A DNA stretch of 64,000 bases from Tubiluchus corallicola (lineage: Eukaryota > Animalia > Priapulida), in assembly GCA_030141605.1 (NCBI GenBank), contig JAQGDQ010000040.1, positions 372,001 through 436,000 on the forward strand. The letters run 5' to 3'. The notes under the pieces are model-generated. The model was not told where the DNA came from, ran no database searches, and worked only from the letters and a program-made list of their open reading frames with translations. Positions 24,126-36,498 of the stretch are shown here, one piece after another (position 1 is the first letter of the stretch; every line of letters begins with the position of its first letter). Position numbers and translations under genes: made by a program.

Positions 24126-27100
24126 CTGTCAGTATTTTCTCATTAAAAAATTAAATTTGTATTTTAAAGGATTATTCTTCGTAAAGCGATGAGTTCCGGT
24201 CCTACCTCAATCACATACCACTTGCAGATGCAGAATACCAAACTAAATTATTGATCTATATGTTTTTGCAGGCTCGGCAATTTGATCAGTAGCATAGCTG
24301 GAACGAATTTTGCCAGTGCCCAGTGCTTATTACACACGCAGGTGGTAAAACTGAAGAAAATAAATGGACGCAACTTTTCAGACGAGTCCAAATCGTTGTG
24401 CTTCAGGACATTAAGCTTCTCTTTATGTAATATAGAGCTGTATATTTTGTCTCACGCATCAACCTTCAGACTCCTTTCACCTGCGGAAATCTGCCATTAG
24501 ACTCCAAATTCAGAAAAATTTCACAATGCTGGGATGGTAATTAGTGGCCAAAGAATGAATATTAATTTGCGAAGTTCGTTGGGTTTTAGCTCGTGTCCTA
24601 TGTTTGAATACACAAAAGCAAGTATAACCTGCGTGCGAAATGATTTTCATGTGTACCATTTTGTTAAAGGAAGAACCAACCCTCGAACAACATTTACTGC
24701 ATTTTAATGTACAATTAAAAATATTGAAATCACAATGCAAAATATTCTCATAGAATGCTTTGCTTAAAAATGTAAAATAAATTGAAATATTTCTTATCTC
24801 CCGCCAAACTAACGTTGATGCCGGCATATTTCAAAAAATGACGTAAGCTGGTGTATGCTAGGCAGCGTGAATGCCGTGAAGACAAGCTATGTGAAGGTAC
24901 GCGTTGCAAAATTTCTACAGCTTGCTTAGAAGTTCAGTATTCTAATGTTGTGTTTAACTGTGTTTATCTAGAAATTAGTCATTCGGTCAATTATGATCAA
25001 ATGTAAAGTGGTTGAATTGCTTTAATCTACAGGATTGCACCTTAAAATGTGTCAGTAATTAACATTAATTGTACAAAAAATTAATTAACAGATTTTTGTT
25101 GACTTTAGACACTTGTAAACGTGCCAGCACGTAGTAAGTGCCGTGCTAGTTACTTAGTTTATAGAGTTTATATTGCACGGAAACCATTGCAGGGAATGGA
25201 CTATACCATTTTTCGTCTATAATGAGCGCGCCCTAGCGAAAAGTCATTACGAATTTAAATTTATTTTATTAATTACACGAGAGGGTTATCACTATGTTAT
25301 TGCCGAAGCTTTCTAACATTTTTCCCAAATATTAAAATAAGCCCAACTTCCGAAGAGACTTGGCTTTTGCTTTAACTCACTTTTCATTCAAGGCAATCAA
25401 TTGTCGTGAATGCGACAGTACATATCTAGACCAGACAATGAGAAAATATTTCTTGTGCGTACAAAATGCTTTATCTTTTCTTCCAAAGGCTTTTAGAACT
25501 ATGATTATAATCTCCTATGTTTCTTACTAATTTGGTAAGAAAATGTTATAGCTGTGAAAAGCACTTTAATTTAACGTGCAGCGAATGTCACTTGAGGAAA
25601 ATGACGGATTTTTATTCTTTTAGGCCAAATCACTATTTACTTTTTTATGTAATACCTAAAAAACTGCTTCAGGTTTTATCTTTTGTAATTTATTTTTACG
25701 ACCCCTCCCCTCCCCCCCCCCCCCCCCGGTGATAGTTTGAAAGCCCCGTGAAATGTCTAGCTACAGCACCTATGAACCTGTCATAAAAAAAACAGTTGCG
25801 TGGAGACAATTTTTTCATGTTTTACTCAATTTATGTCTAGCTGCTGGTCAAAATTATACAGGCATAATTTATATTAATTAGTACACACGGAATCCACTAC
25901 ATAATAGATCTTCTTTTTTCGTTTAAAATTTGTGCATATAACTTGTCAATGAGATAATGTTAACGGAATAATCTTGCTTCGGGTAAATGGAAAATAGTAG
26001 GAGAGGATGAAAGATTCCTACATGCAGGAACAAATTAAGCAATGTTAATACTGTTTATGCACCGAGCGCATTAATAAAAGCCATCCATTTATGTAAACAG
26101 CTACCGCTTTCAGTGGATATGATGTGCATGTAAATTATTGAAATTTTTTTATAGAGTAACCAACGTGTAGTCAGTTACTCAGTTTGTATCTTCTTTGACA
26201 TTATCTACATACCACTGCGCAGTAAAACATAAAATCTGCTGTTTTTCAAGCACATGCGCATGTTTGAATTAATCTAGCTGAATAAATGATTAATTATTTG
26301 ATTTTAAAATTGATAAGCTTACGAGCGTATATGGTCTTAATGAAAGGGCACTTCTCTAGTTTATTCAAGGGCGTTATGCATCGACTTAGTCTGTCAACAG
26401 CGCTACAAAATTACTTCATAACACTGGAAATAATTGGCCTTTTTAATAAGTTATGTTTCATCATTGTAAGTCACATTTTATATTTCAGCTGAAGAAATGA
26501 CTGTGGAAGTTGAGTAATGTTTTCAATAGAGAGTAAATGACTGTTCTTGAAACTTAAATCCACAATTTCATTTTCGGACTTCGATTAGGTCATTGGGCCT
26601 ATCTACGAGTGTTCAATACCATAAGCCTAAATTTAAACAAAGCGAAGTCAAGCGCTTTTCTTCTTTCTTTTACTAAACATGTTAGACATAAATGACTAAA
26701 CATAAAAAAATGTTAGAAACGTGCAACATCTGAAAGCCAAAATGAACATGTTTGTACTTAGTTTCTATTAAATTCAGCATATTTTAATTTTAGCATAATG
26801 TTGTATTGTAATTGCAATATTTTTTACTTTTACCATTTTAGGTCGCACTTTATATTTTTATCGGTCAACTAACAAAAGATAAATATTTGGGTATAACTCA
26901 CTGCAACATAAACATATGAATAAGTTGTGAGGACTTCAGCACCTTCAGCATCAAAATATTTAATTTATAGACCATGTTTTAATATTTTGCTTCGCATGCT
27001 GTACTTAATTTTTATGGTGCAAGTAAAAAATTATATAATTTTGTTTTTCTTTCGTATATTTTGTGTGACAATAAAATTCGAACTTTTAAATAAACTTTAA

Positions 27101-27179
27101 ACTAATTATCAGTTTTGTTTACAAAGTTTTATTTTATTTCTTTGTTGGAGCCTTTGCAGTTATTGAGCATTGACGGTAT

Positions 27180-27850
27180 TAACGCTAAAAACTTTCTTAC
27201 TCACATAAATTAATGAAACCTGAGTTACCTGACAGTCACTGTGTTGTAACGTGAAATGCTCAAATATGTAACGCAATTTCTGAAACTTCATCCGTAGACT
27301 TTGACACTCATCCTCAATTACGATAAAAAGCGTTCGCTCGTTAAGTGCTAGGTTTATCGTCGCATTGGACGTAAATTTTCCTCTGACAAATTCATTTCAA
27401 GGACAAAAGAAATTCGTCAATCCCTCCTGTCAAAATTTTCAATGTCATCGATGAAATCCGCATCAGGTGTTTGCAAGTGATTTCCTAAAGTACCATAACC
27501 TTTAGTAATTTAGCAACTAGTGTCGTTACCAACTTTGGCACGTTCCTTTGAATTTCATTTTTTTCTTCATTGACATCCATCTAGTACAACTGCCTCAGCT
27601 GCAATTCATCTGTGACTTCATAGAGTGGGTATGCACTATCAGTTGTTTTATGATAATTGCAAAGGATATAGGTTAATACAGGCAAAAACTACAATAGCAA
27701 TCCCCATTAATCAAATGTCGAAGCTACATGGATAAAACGTCATAGAAATGTGAAGAGATTTACCACGAGATTTGAACCACGAGCTTTTGGAATACTACAC
27801 CAGCCAAATGCCAGGCGGCGACTCAACCATTCTCAACTGCCACTATCTTG
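27180..27850 (-). pseudogene. Decayed hAT-type transposase fragment
   Basis: Minus-strand motifs occur in hAT order across frameshifts: FIH (about 27735), TRWMS (27585-27571), LQTPDAD (about 27475), ALNER (about 27335). Confidence 0.45.
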
Positions 27851-27878
27851 TTGATTTTAATGGGATGAAGGCACCTAA

Positions 27879-27905
27879 TATTATTATTATTATTATTATT
27901 ATTAC

Positions 27906-27996
<91 letters not shown>
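27879..27996. repeat. (ATT)n microsatellite
   Basis: Direct reading. Confidence 0.98.
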
Positions 27997-28498
27997 TTGT
28001 TTAGAACATAGTCCAATGATAACTTGTAACTCAAAACTTGTAGGAAGCTGTTCCAAACAGTGGGTTTCAAACCCAGGCTCGGTCATGGTTTTTAATTTCA
28101 CTTTCCAGTTAACAACTGTATACACTTAATAATTCATGTTAACAAGAAAGCTTTTTTACCTAAAACTAATTACTGTTAATCGAAAATTTAAGTAATATGA
28201 CCAGAAGGCGCCAACGTTCATTTTCACAATATATAGTGTTCAATACATATTTTGATACATATAGCGTCACAAGAAATACGATTTGGTTCCAAAACGTTTT
28301 TACTACTCAGATTACAGAAGACAAATCATTTCTTAAAGGCTTTACATCAACAAAAATTTACATCAAACAACAATTTTTAAAATCTTAATCGTGTCATCAA
28401 CATACATTGTTTTTGTTTTTCAACCAATGGCTTTAGCTATTTACTGTCAAGATTTCTGCTCCTTTCACTGATTTCACGTCGTCGTAAGCAGCGTCACC

Positions 28499-28499
28499 A

Positions 28500-28553
<54 letters not shown>

Positions 28554-28640
28554 TCATCATCATCATCATCATCATTATCAGCATCATGATCATCAGCATA
28601 ATCATGACCAACAGCATTGCCATCATCACTACTATCATCA
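28499..28640. repeat. (GTC)n/(ATC)n compound microsatellite just downstream of the GPCR stop
   Basis: Direct reading. Confidence 0.95.
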
Positions 28641-28859
28641 TTACGTAAAAAAATTATTCAAAAATTAAATATTTTGAATTCTTTTCTTCAGTTACTATTT
28701 ATCTATTGAACAATTATCGAAAGGAAATAACCCTGTATTTTCCACATTATGTATGCCCTGCTTTGAGCGCAGGTGACCCGTATCTTTGTCAACATCAGCA
28801 TTGGCGAGATCAGCGTCGTCGGCTGGAGCAACATTCTTGACCAGTTTGGAAAGCAGCCG

Positions 28860-29473
28860 TCATTTCTTTAGATCGTTGAGAATGCTAGCATGATAGTTAT
28901 TTAGCCGCTCTCTCCTATTGTTCGCCTCAGAGTTCCTGTGAAGTCGACAGATGACCTCAATTTCCGTGAAGTAAGTCGGATGCGAATTAGCATCGAAAGG
29001 GTCCCCGGGTTCTTCTGGATCTACAACACCACACCTACATTTACAAGTGGGAGGTGTCATTCTGGCATGATTGTCCAGTTTCTCGCCCATATTTCTAAGC
29101 GGGATGCGCTGTTCCGGCGACCCGCTGCCACCACCTTTTGCGTCAAGAGACTGCGTTCCAGACGTTTCTGATGCAATGGGCTTACTGGTAAACCTGTACA
29201 TACCATTGACGTAGTAACGACCTTTGTCGCGTCCATGAGAGCCATGGAAACAATTCCATAACGTGTTCTTGAACGCCTGGCGAAACTTCAACGACATAAC
29301 ATTGTAAAGAATAGGGTTGATTGTGGCACTAACGTAATAAAACACTCCCGACACATAAGTAACAATAATATAAACATGATATCTTCTTGGTGTCCAGTCC
29401 GTGACATAGACAACCATCAGTCTTTGACAATGATTCGGCGCGTAGCAGATGAAGAAAGCCACCACAACGGCAA
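28860..29473 (-). CDS. Pyrokinin/CAPA/neuromedin-U-receptor-like GPCR, coding exon 2 (TM6, TM7, C-tail)
   Basis: Acceptor ttgcag| in phase 1. Encodes (I)AVVVAFFICYAPNHCQRL...SGVFYYVSATINPILYNVMSLKFRQAF, with NPxxY and helix 8. Joins exon 1 in frame. Confidence 0.95.
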
Positions 29474-29516
29474 CTGCAATTAAAAAAAACAATGTTGTAC
29501 AATTTTGATACCTAAT

Positions 29517-29527
29517 ATCTATCTATC

Positions 29528-29625
<98 letters not shown>

Positions 29626-29641
29626 CGTGTGTGTGTGTGTA
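29517..29641. repeat. Compound (ATCT)/(TA)/(TG)/(CG) microsatellite in the GPCR intron near its acceptor
   Basis: Direct reading. Confidence 0.97.
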
Positions 29642-29743
29642 CAGTACTACAGTACCGCTGAGAAGTTTAAGCTTCCGGGATTGTTGCAACGTTGAAGTCA
29701 GCATAATGAAACAATTCACTTTTTCTGCACCTGGAATATCTAA

Positions 29744-29876
29744 AACCGCGTTCAGACGTAGAGACCTTTCTCGCAACTTGTTGCGCAGAAGTTGCCAAGC
29801 CGTTCACACGTTGCAACATTACTCTCAGACAGAAGTTGTGCAAAAAGTTGCGAGAGAAGTCTCTACGTATGAAGCG
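29744..29876. mobile_element. PIF/Harbinger-type MITE
   Basis: Inverted arms of about 40 bp (gttcagacgtagagacctttctcgcaactt / aagttgcgagagaagtctctacgtatgaa) with TAA/TTA flanks. Confidence 0.7.
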
Positions 29877-32370
29877 TTACAAGGCAGCACATTACGTGTT
29901 CAATTTACATCAATTTGCAGTATCTGTGTAGATTATCTGGCCAGCGTATTATAGCAGTTTTTTTATTCTAAGAACTATTTTTCTATTTTTTCGAAACTTT
30001 TATTTTGTTTACTTTTAATGCTACTGCATAATGCTAGGGGTTTACGAGTTTTGTGCTGAGAATTTACTGGCACAGTAGTGTCTAGTGTTTGCTGAATTAA
30101 CTGTTGTGTTTACCTGTCTTCAAGGCTGATATCTTTATATTACCATTCTGCTTGCCCAATGCCTACTATACACGTAATGTGCTTTCGATACTGCTGATGA
30201 CTGCTACTGTGCGGTACGTTAAAAATCTTTTATTTTTGTGTCAAATTAATTTCCTATTCTACATGAATTTCTTAATGTAGCAATTTAATACTTTAACACC
30301 ATAGCTGTTTTGATAAACGTTACACGTAAACGAAATCAGACTTACATTTAGAAAAATATTGACCCCATTTTTTGTATGTAACTAAACTTACTATCACTAT
30401 CGTGATTTCACTGGAGATCCCAAGAGTGTCACAAATTTTGCGGCCTGTTTTTTATCAAAACAATACCACATCCGATTCGCGTTAATGGTTATTTTGTGTT
30501 TCATCTGTTAGGTGTCATCTAGTTGTAACTGCGCGCGCATCTTGAGGAAGATCATAAATGAATACGTGTTTCCTGCTCTCAGAGCAACAGTGGCATTAAT
30601 GTTTCTGTTCATGGTACTTCCAGCTCATGGCTTAAACCAAATGTTTGCATTTATCAGCCAAGATTGGCCATTCAATTAGATACTTATCGTGTCTGCCTTA
30701 TAATTATGGAACAAAATTATGAAGGACTGTTCCCCCAAAGTTTCTCAATTGTCCTAAGAGATGTAATAGGGAATTGATTTTATTTCTTGGAAATTTCAAA
30801 CTTGAAGTAGACTTTATAACTGAACAGACTGGCAAAAATCAGGAAAAATTATTCAAAATGCAGCAGAACGCACTAAAATTTCCACAGATGTTTCATCACC
30901 TGCTGGTACATCATCAGTGATGCGATCAAACTACAACAACAAAGGTGACTTTAAGGACAGGAAAAAATAGATTTTAATATAATGGTAACATGTTATAACG
31001 TGATGGTAATATAGTTGTAGTTACAATATTGATATAGTTATAGAGGTCAATAGTCCTTAACCTTGTTAGACCTTGAAACACATCTGTTGTATTTTAAATA
31101 ATTTCCTGTGATTTTTGCATTTATTCTAGTTTCAAGGTTTATAATTTTAAACAAGCAGTGGTTGAACTAACAGATTGGAAAAACAATTGTCAAGCTAAAA
31201 AAACATTGGGTCAAGAAAAGATTTTGCAATACTAACGGACTGAGAAACCAAGAAAAAAATCGACCCCCAACACAGTGAGTGAGGATATATCAATTTCTCT
31301 ATTCTTTGAGACGAGTCTCAGTTTGTATGTTTCATTGCTTTACAATCTACAACAGCTAGCAAACTGTACTGCTTGCTTTATTTATTTATTTATTTTATTC
31401 AAACCCAGTAGTAAAATACAGTCTATAATAAAAACAATGTATATAAAACACGTTGGCAAAAACATAAAAACACAATATTTACTAAAGCATAGTAAAGACG
31501 CACAGAGATTAACTGCTTACATGTGTCTATTGTGTACAAGAAATTTATGCAAGTCAGCTTTATTTAACTTAAATAACTTAATATTTTATGCAGTTACAAG
31601 GGGGCACCATCAACGTGTGCAGGCAATAGGTACCAAATCGGTACAACTCGATTTGAGAAAAAATGACCAAAATTAATTGTCCTTTAGTTCCACGCGCACT
31701 TTCAATACGACCAACATTACCTAATAAAGCTGGATTCCAGACTAGCGAACAATAGTCTACAATAGGTCTTAAGTAAACTTATATAAGAAAAAATTATAAT
31801 TCCAAGATCACGCACACTTATTTCAACAGGTAAATGAGAGGCAGAAAAGTGACATTCATGGTATGTCAATGAGGGAAACTAAAAGGCGCATATATAGCAA
31901 TCATGTATAGTAATTACAAATAGTAATCAAGAACTTCTTTCGAAATTATAGTAAAAGACTTATTGTCAATTAGTTTGAAACTGTTTTACTGACTTTATGA
32001 TATCATTCATCCAGTTTTCATCTTGTAATGGAATGTCTCTTCTGTGTTTTTGTTACAGTTTACTATTTTTGTTGTATTTATATTGTATTTATAATGAGAC
32101 ATTTACCCTTCCCACCGCTGCCACGTTGACAGCAGCCCACTGAGATTTGTCAGAATGACGTAAATGCAAGCTATTTATTGCTACACACATCCCACAGGTG
32201 CAGTCTAGTAGACACAGCTGATAGTTTAGTGCTGTATATATCGTGATCGGCGCAAAGCAGTTGCACCTGCCGCTACTAGTTATTTAATAGTTGAATGCAC
32301 CGTACTGAGATAGCAAAGCGTGTAGAAACAAAAGAACGGTATTCTGAGCTCGATACTTCTAAAAAATGAA

Positions 32371-32600
32371 TGTCGTTGTCGTCGTCGTTCCTGTTGTTGT
32401 TGTTATTGTTGCTGCTGCTGCTGTTGCTGTCGTTGTTGTTATTGTTGCTGTTGTTGTTGTCGTTGTAACTGCTATTGTTGCTGCTGCTATAAACGCCATC
32501 GCCACGACTGCTGCTATTGCTACTGCTGCCATTCCTGGTGATGGTAGTACTACTACTGCTGGCGGTACTGGTACTTGCTGCTGCTACTTTGTTGTTGTGC
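32371..32600. repeat. Degenerate mixed trinucleotide repeat (GTT/GCT/ACT)
   Basis: Direct reading. Confidence 0.85.
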
Positions 32601-33169
32601 TTCCTGTGGCTGTTGGTATCTTTTATCCTGTGTCATTCATTATCATTCTGTTTGAATGCCACAAGCATACAACAGTTGCCCACGCCATTGGTACATGTTC
32701 CTCGAATATTCCTGGCCTTAAACAACAGCAGCAATAAATTGATTCCCAAGTCATCCCAGCTTTTCTTGCCCGCTCACTTCAATCAGTTGTTATCAGTCGC
32801 TAATCTCTGAATCATTTTGGGCGGCTTTTATTTACCATCCAGAGGCGGTAAATCTTGCGATTCGGTTGCACAAAGTGAATCAGAAAGATTAGGACTCTTT
32901 AGAATAGAATGCAACTAAATAACATCAGTCACATTTGTAGTATTATAGCTCGCGTCAACAACTTTCTTCAGATAAATTGACAAAACTGTTATTTTTGCAG
33001 AATCAGGTTTTCTTAGTCAGAAAGAATCCAGTTATAACACATTAGTGCCCCGATCTGAGATAAAATTTAAAGAAATCGATCTGACAAACTCAATAAGTCT
33101 AAAACATTCGCATCATTTTACGGCAGGAACTGGGTCCTTCATTTGTTCTTAGGCGAATGATACTTTCGT

Positions 33170-33950
33170 TTACCTATGAAATACTTACACTTAACTATTA
33201 GCTAATTTCGAAGTGGCCCAAAAGCAAAAACACATAGCGTTACACAAACATAGTAACTGCAAGCAAGTCATAAAATGCGTTTTAAAAACACAGTTTAGAA
33301 ATAACAGCTTAAAAACAATATTTAGAAGGTTCGCAAATTAAACATAAAGGACTGGATAAACAATACATATGCAACTGCACACAACCTGTACACATTAGTG
33401 AAAATATGCTGTAAAACATAAAAAAGGAACATATTTATATGTTTTGAAACTGCAGTCTTACTAGTAAGCATTTGGTTAATCGTCACTTAAAAGCATTGAC
33501 GCTACTGGCGTTGATTACTTCTAGTGGAAAGAGTTCAAAAGATGTGCTCCTGAAAAAATCCAAAGCAGTTTCTCAGCAGCTTTGGTTTTGACAAGTAGAA
33601 TTTATAGGATTTTTGCAGGTGGTGCGACGCATGTCTTACAATTGTGAACATGATTCTCTTAGGTAATGGGTCTACTCAAGATTTTGTACAATTTTATCAG
33701 CTAGAGTTTTTTGTTATTCCATGAAAATGTGGTTCTACCGCCTTTTAAGTTTTTTTATAAACTTGAACCTTAACTGTTTGCGCTGAACGCAACATGAAAA
33801 AAGACTGGTTAAGAATAGAGAACGAGTTGTAAAGCCTATTTGGTTAACAAGATGTAAGGATTTTATATGTCTTGTAAGCGTGTCATCGGGTGCCATTATA
33901 AGATTCCCACCACACAAAATAGAAAAGCATGATTTTGATGAAGGAATAAA
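33170..33950 (-). mobile_element. Decayed 3' end of a CR1/L2-like LINE
   Basis: The minus strand at about 33550-33520 reads GAHLLNSFH, like the GxxxWNxLP end motif of the LINE RT ORF. It is followed by a T-rich, 3'-UTR-like stretch. Confidence 0.3.
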
Positions 33951-34392
33951 CGAGCTCTTGTCATCTCACAATTATATAGCTTACATTACATTATATTATA
34001 TTATCTTACAGTTATATAATTACAGTCGTTAATTGTAATAACTATCCGTTTCTTGATGTCATTGCTACAAGACGTTATTAACGTCTTGGGTCTGGGAGGC
34101 AAGTGGCATAATCAGACGTGTCAGTGATCATTAGGTATAATGCGGTATATGGAGGATCACATTTAAGTTTCTCGCAAAAACAGTGTCAAATTAGCGTGAT
34201 AATCAAGATGTCTTCGTATTAAGCCTAGAGCTATATGAGGAGTCAGAAAGTCTCGTCTTGGTTTTGCTTTCTCTTGTTAATAACGGTAATAATTATGATG
34301 GTTAACTAGTAGTATTACTTATTTGACTTGTGTACTTTTTTCTCTTGTAATGTACGGTGTAAAATTGGGCACTATTTAAACAATGACAGGCA

Positions 34393-34532
<140 letters not shown>

Positions 34533-35384
34533 GGCTGTCTGACAATACTTTGAAACTGTTTCTGGTTACTTACTCGGGATAAAACTAAGCTTTCGCTTCA
34601 AGACGAGTTGCCACCAATTAAATATATAGTTTTTCACTAGTTTCAGTATAAGAAAATTTACATTAAAGCTGTAAAAACCCAAATACGAAAGGATTTTGCG
34701 CATCCTATATCGGAAATAGCTTTCCGAATAAAAGCAACTATTTAACGTTTTACTGTGTAGCATCTTGCAAACGTATTAAACCATGGTTAAATGAAATTAC
34801 TTAACCTTTTCTGCTGTATAAATTGTAATACATTGTAAATGTATTAGGCTATGATTAAAGGTGAATCACGAGTTAAGACCATTAAGTCAGTAATTAGCTA
34901 GAAATTGTTTCATGAAACTGCTTTAGAGAGATAGAGCTATGTAAGCCTGTTCAGGTATGAGAGGCCGTATAACTGGTTTTTCCCCACTTTTCTGTGCGCA
35001 GTGGGCACAGATATTAATTACGTATTGTAGTATGTGAAATGTTATTACACTAAATATGTTGTTTCTTTACAGATAAAATTGTTTACTAACCCATCCTATG
35101 ACGTCCAACATATTAAGTATATTATTGTCGTAATAATTATCGTTTACAATAATGTTTTAATCCTTTGTTGACAGTTTTATTATCACAGCTGGCCAACATG
35201 TCGATCTAACAAAAACCACGTACATCTAACAACAACCTAGAAACTAAATTTAACCTTTTTTGTTGTTGCTTTTCAAGACTTTAGCTTTAGAAATAACATG
35301 AAAAATCAAATAAAAACATATTCAGTCAAATTGATTTAGCTTCATAAAACCAAACACAGAACAACAACAAAACTTTTCGTTATT

Positions 35385-35510
35385 CTGTAAAAACCCTAAT
35401 GCAAAAAATTACACTAATCCTGTAAAAACCGATGCCAAAAAATGTTGCACTAAGCCTGTAAAAACCCTAGTATAAGAAAACTTTACACTAACTCTATAAA
35501 GCCCATAGTA
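35385..35510. repeat. ~35-bp minisatellite, about 4 units
   Basis: Repeated ctgtaaaaacc...acactaa. An isolated related unit lies at about 34645-34685. Confidence 0.7.
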
Positions 35511-35707
35511 CCCACAATCATCGACTGACGCTTCATTTCATGTGTGCAGCATACACATGGCTTCACACACACCATGTGCAAACTAGCTCACTGGCTTCTC
35601 GTGTCGTCTAGGATCCCGAAGCACTAGCAACGTCAACGCCAAGATCTTCTTGAGTGAAAACCTTTAGGCCACATCAAAGCTCTTCACTATCGTTCACGCT
35701 GATTTTA

Positions 35708-35962
35708 GTTAATGATATTAGGTATTATTCTTCAACAAGCCGGAAAAATTTACATTACAATTTGCATGATTGAGCTTATCCCAGGAAACAGCTGCTAAAA
35801 TGATCTCGCGTCGTAATACAAGTAGTTGTAATACATAGTAGTTAATGATAATAGCTAATATTCTTCAACAAACCGGAAAAATTTACATTACAATTTGCAT
35901 GACTGAGTTTATCCCTCAGGAAACAGCTGCTAAAATGATTTCGCGTCGTAATACAAGCAGTT
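35708..35962. repeat. Tandem duplication of about 120 bp
   Basis: 35708-35827 and 35841-35962 share ttcttcaacaa.ccggaaaaatttacattacaatttgcatga...cagctgctaaaatgat.tcgcgtcgtaatacaag.agtt. Confidence 0.93.
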
Positions 35963-36464
35963 TTATCTTGAAAATTTTTCTATTTGCAAGCCCACTCTCT
36001 TTCCTACACACCATTATCACACGCATTAAATCGACAGATCAGCGAAATGGGGTATAAAATCATCCAAGTCGTTTTCCTTTAGCTACTGTGTCGAATTATG
36101 ATAACACTCCATCGCAGCCTTACGATAACAACAAATATAATTTGCATTGAAAAGTTCAAAGAAACCATATTCGCCGATCTTGCAAATATGTTTCAAAATT
36201 GTTTCATATTTGCTAAATATAGTTTGCAAATTAGATGTCTCATGAACGAATCTGGGTAGACCACATTTGGCGAAGATGTGTGTTATTTCGTACTTCTAAT
36301 TCTTAATTCCGATATTAACAAAGAAATTTTGATCCAACAACAATATTTGCATTGTTAATCTGTCCGAATCTATGCGACAAACATAACATTTCAATTTTTC
36401 TGCTCACATGGGTGGCTGTCTACAAAGATTCACCATTTGCAGTTGAGTTAGACGCATGAAGGCC

Positions 36465-36498
<34 letters not shown>

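Noticed and set aside
29474-29492. ORF-track start of the 210-aa GPCR ORF (MFFLIA)
   Set aside because: This is the intron polypyrimidine tract and acceptor; the exon starts at 29473.
32366-32810. Hydrophobic V/A/L-rich ORFs resembling membrane proteins
   Set aside because: Derived from degenerate trinucleotide repeats. The same applies to the poly-L/I/N/Y ORFs at 27772-28125, 34328, 39727 and 54562.
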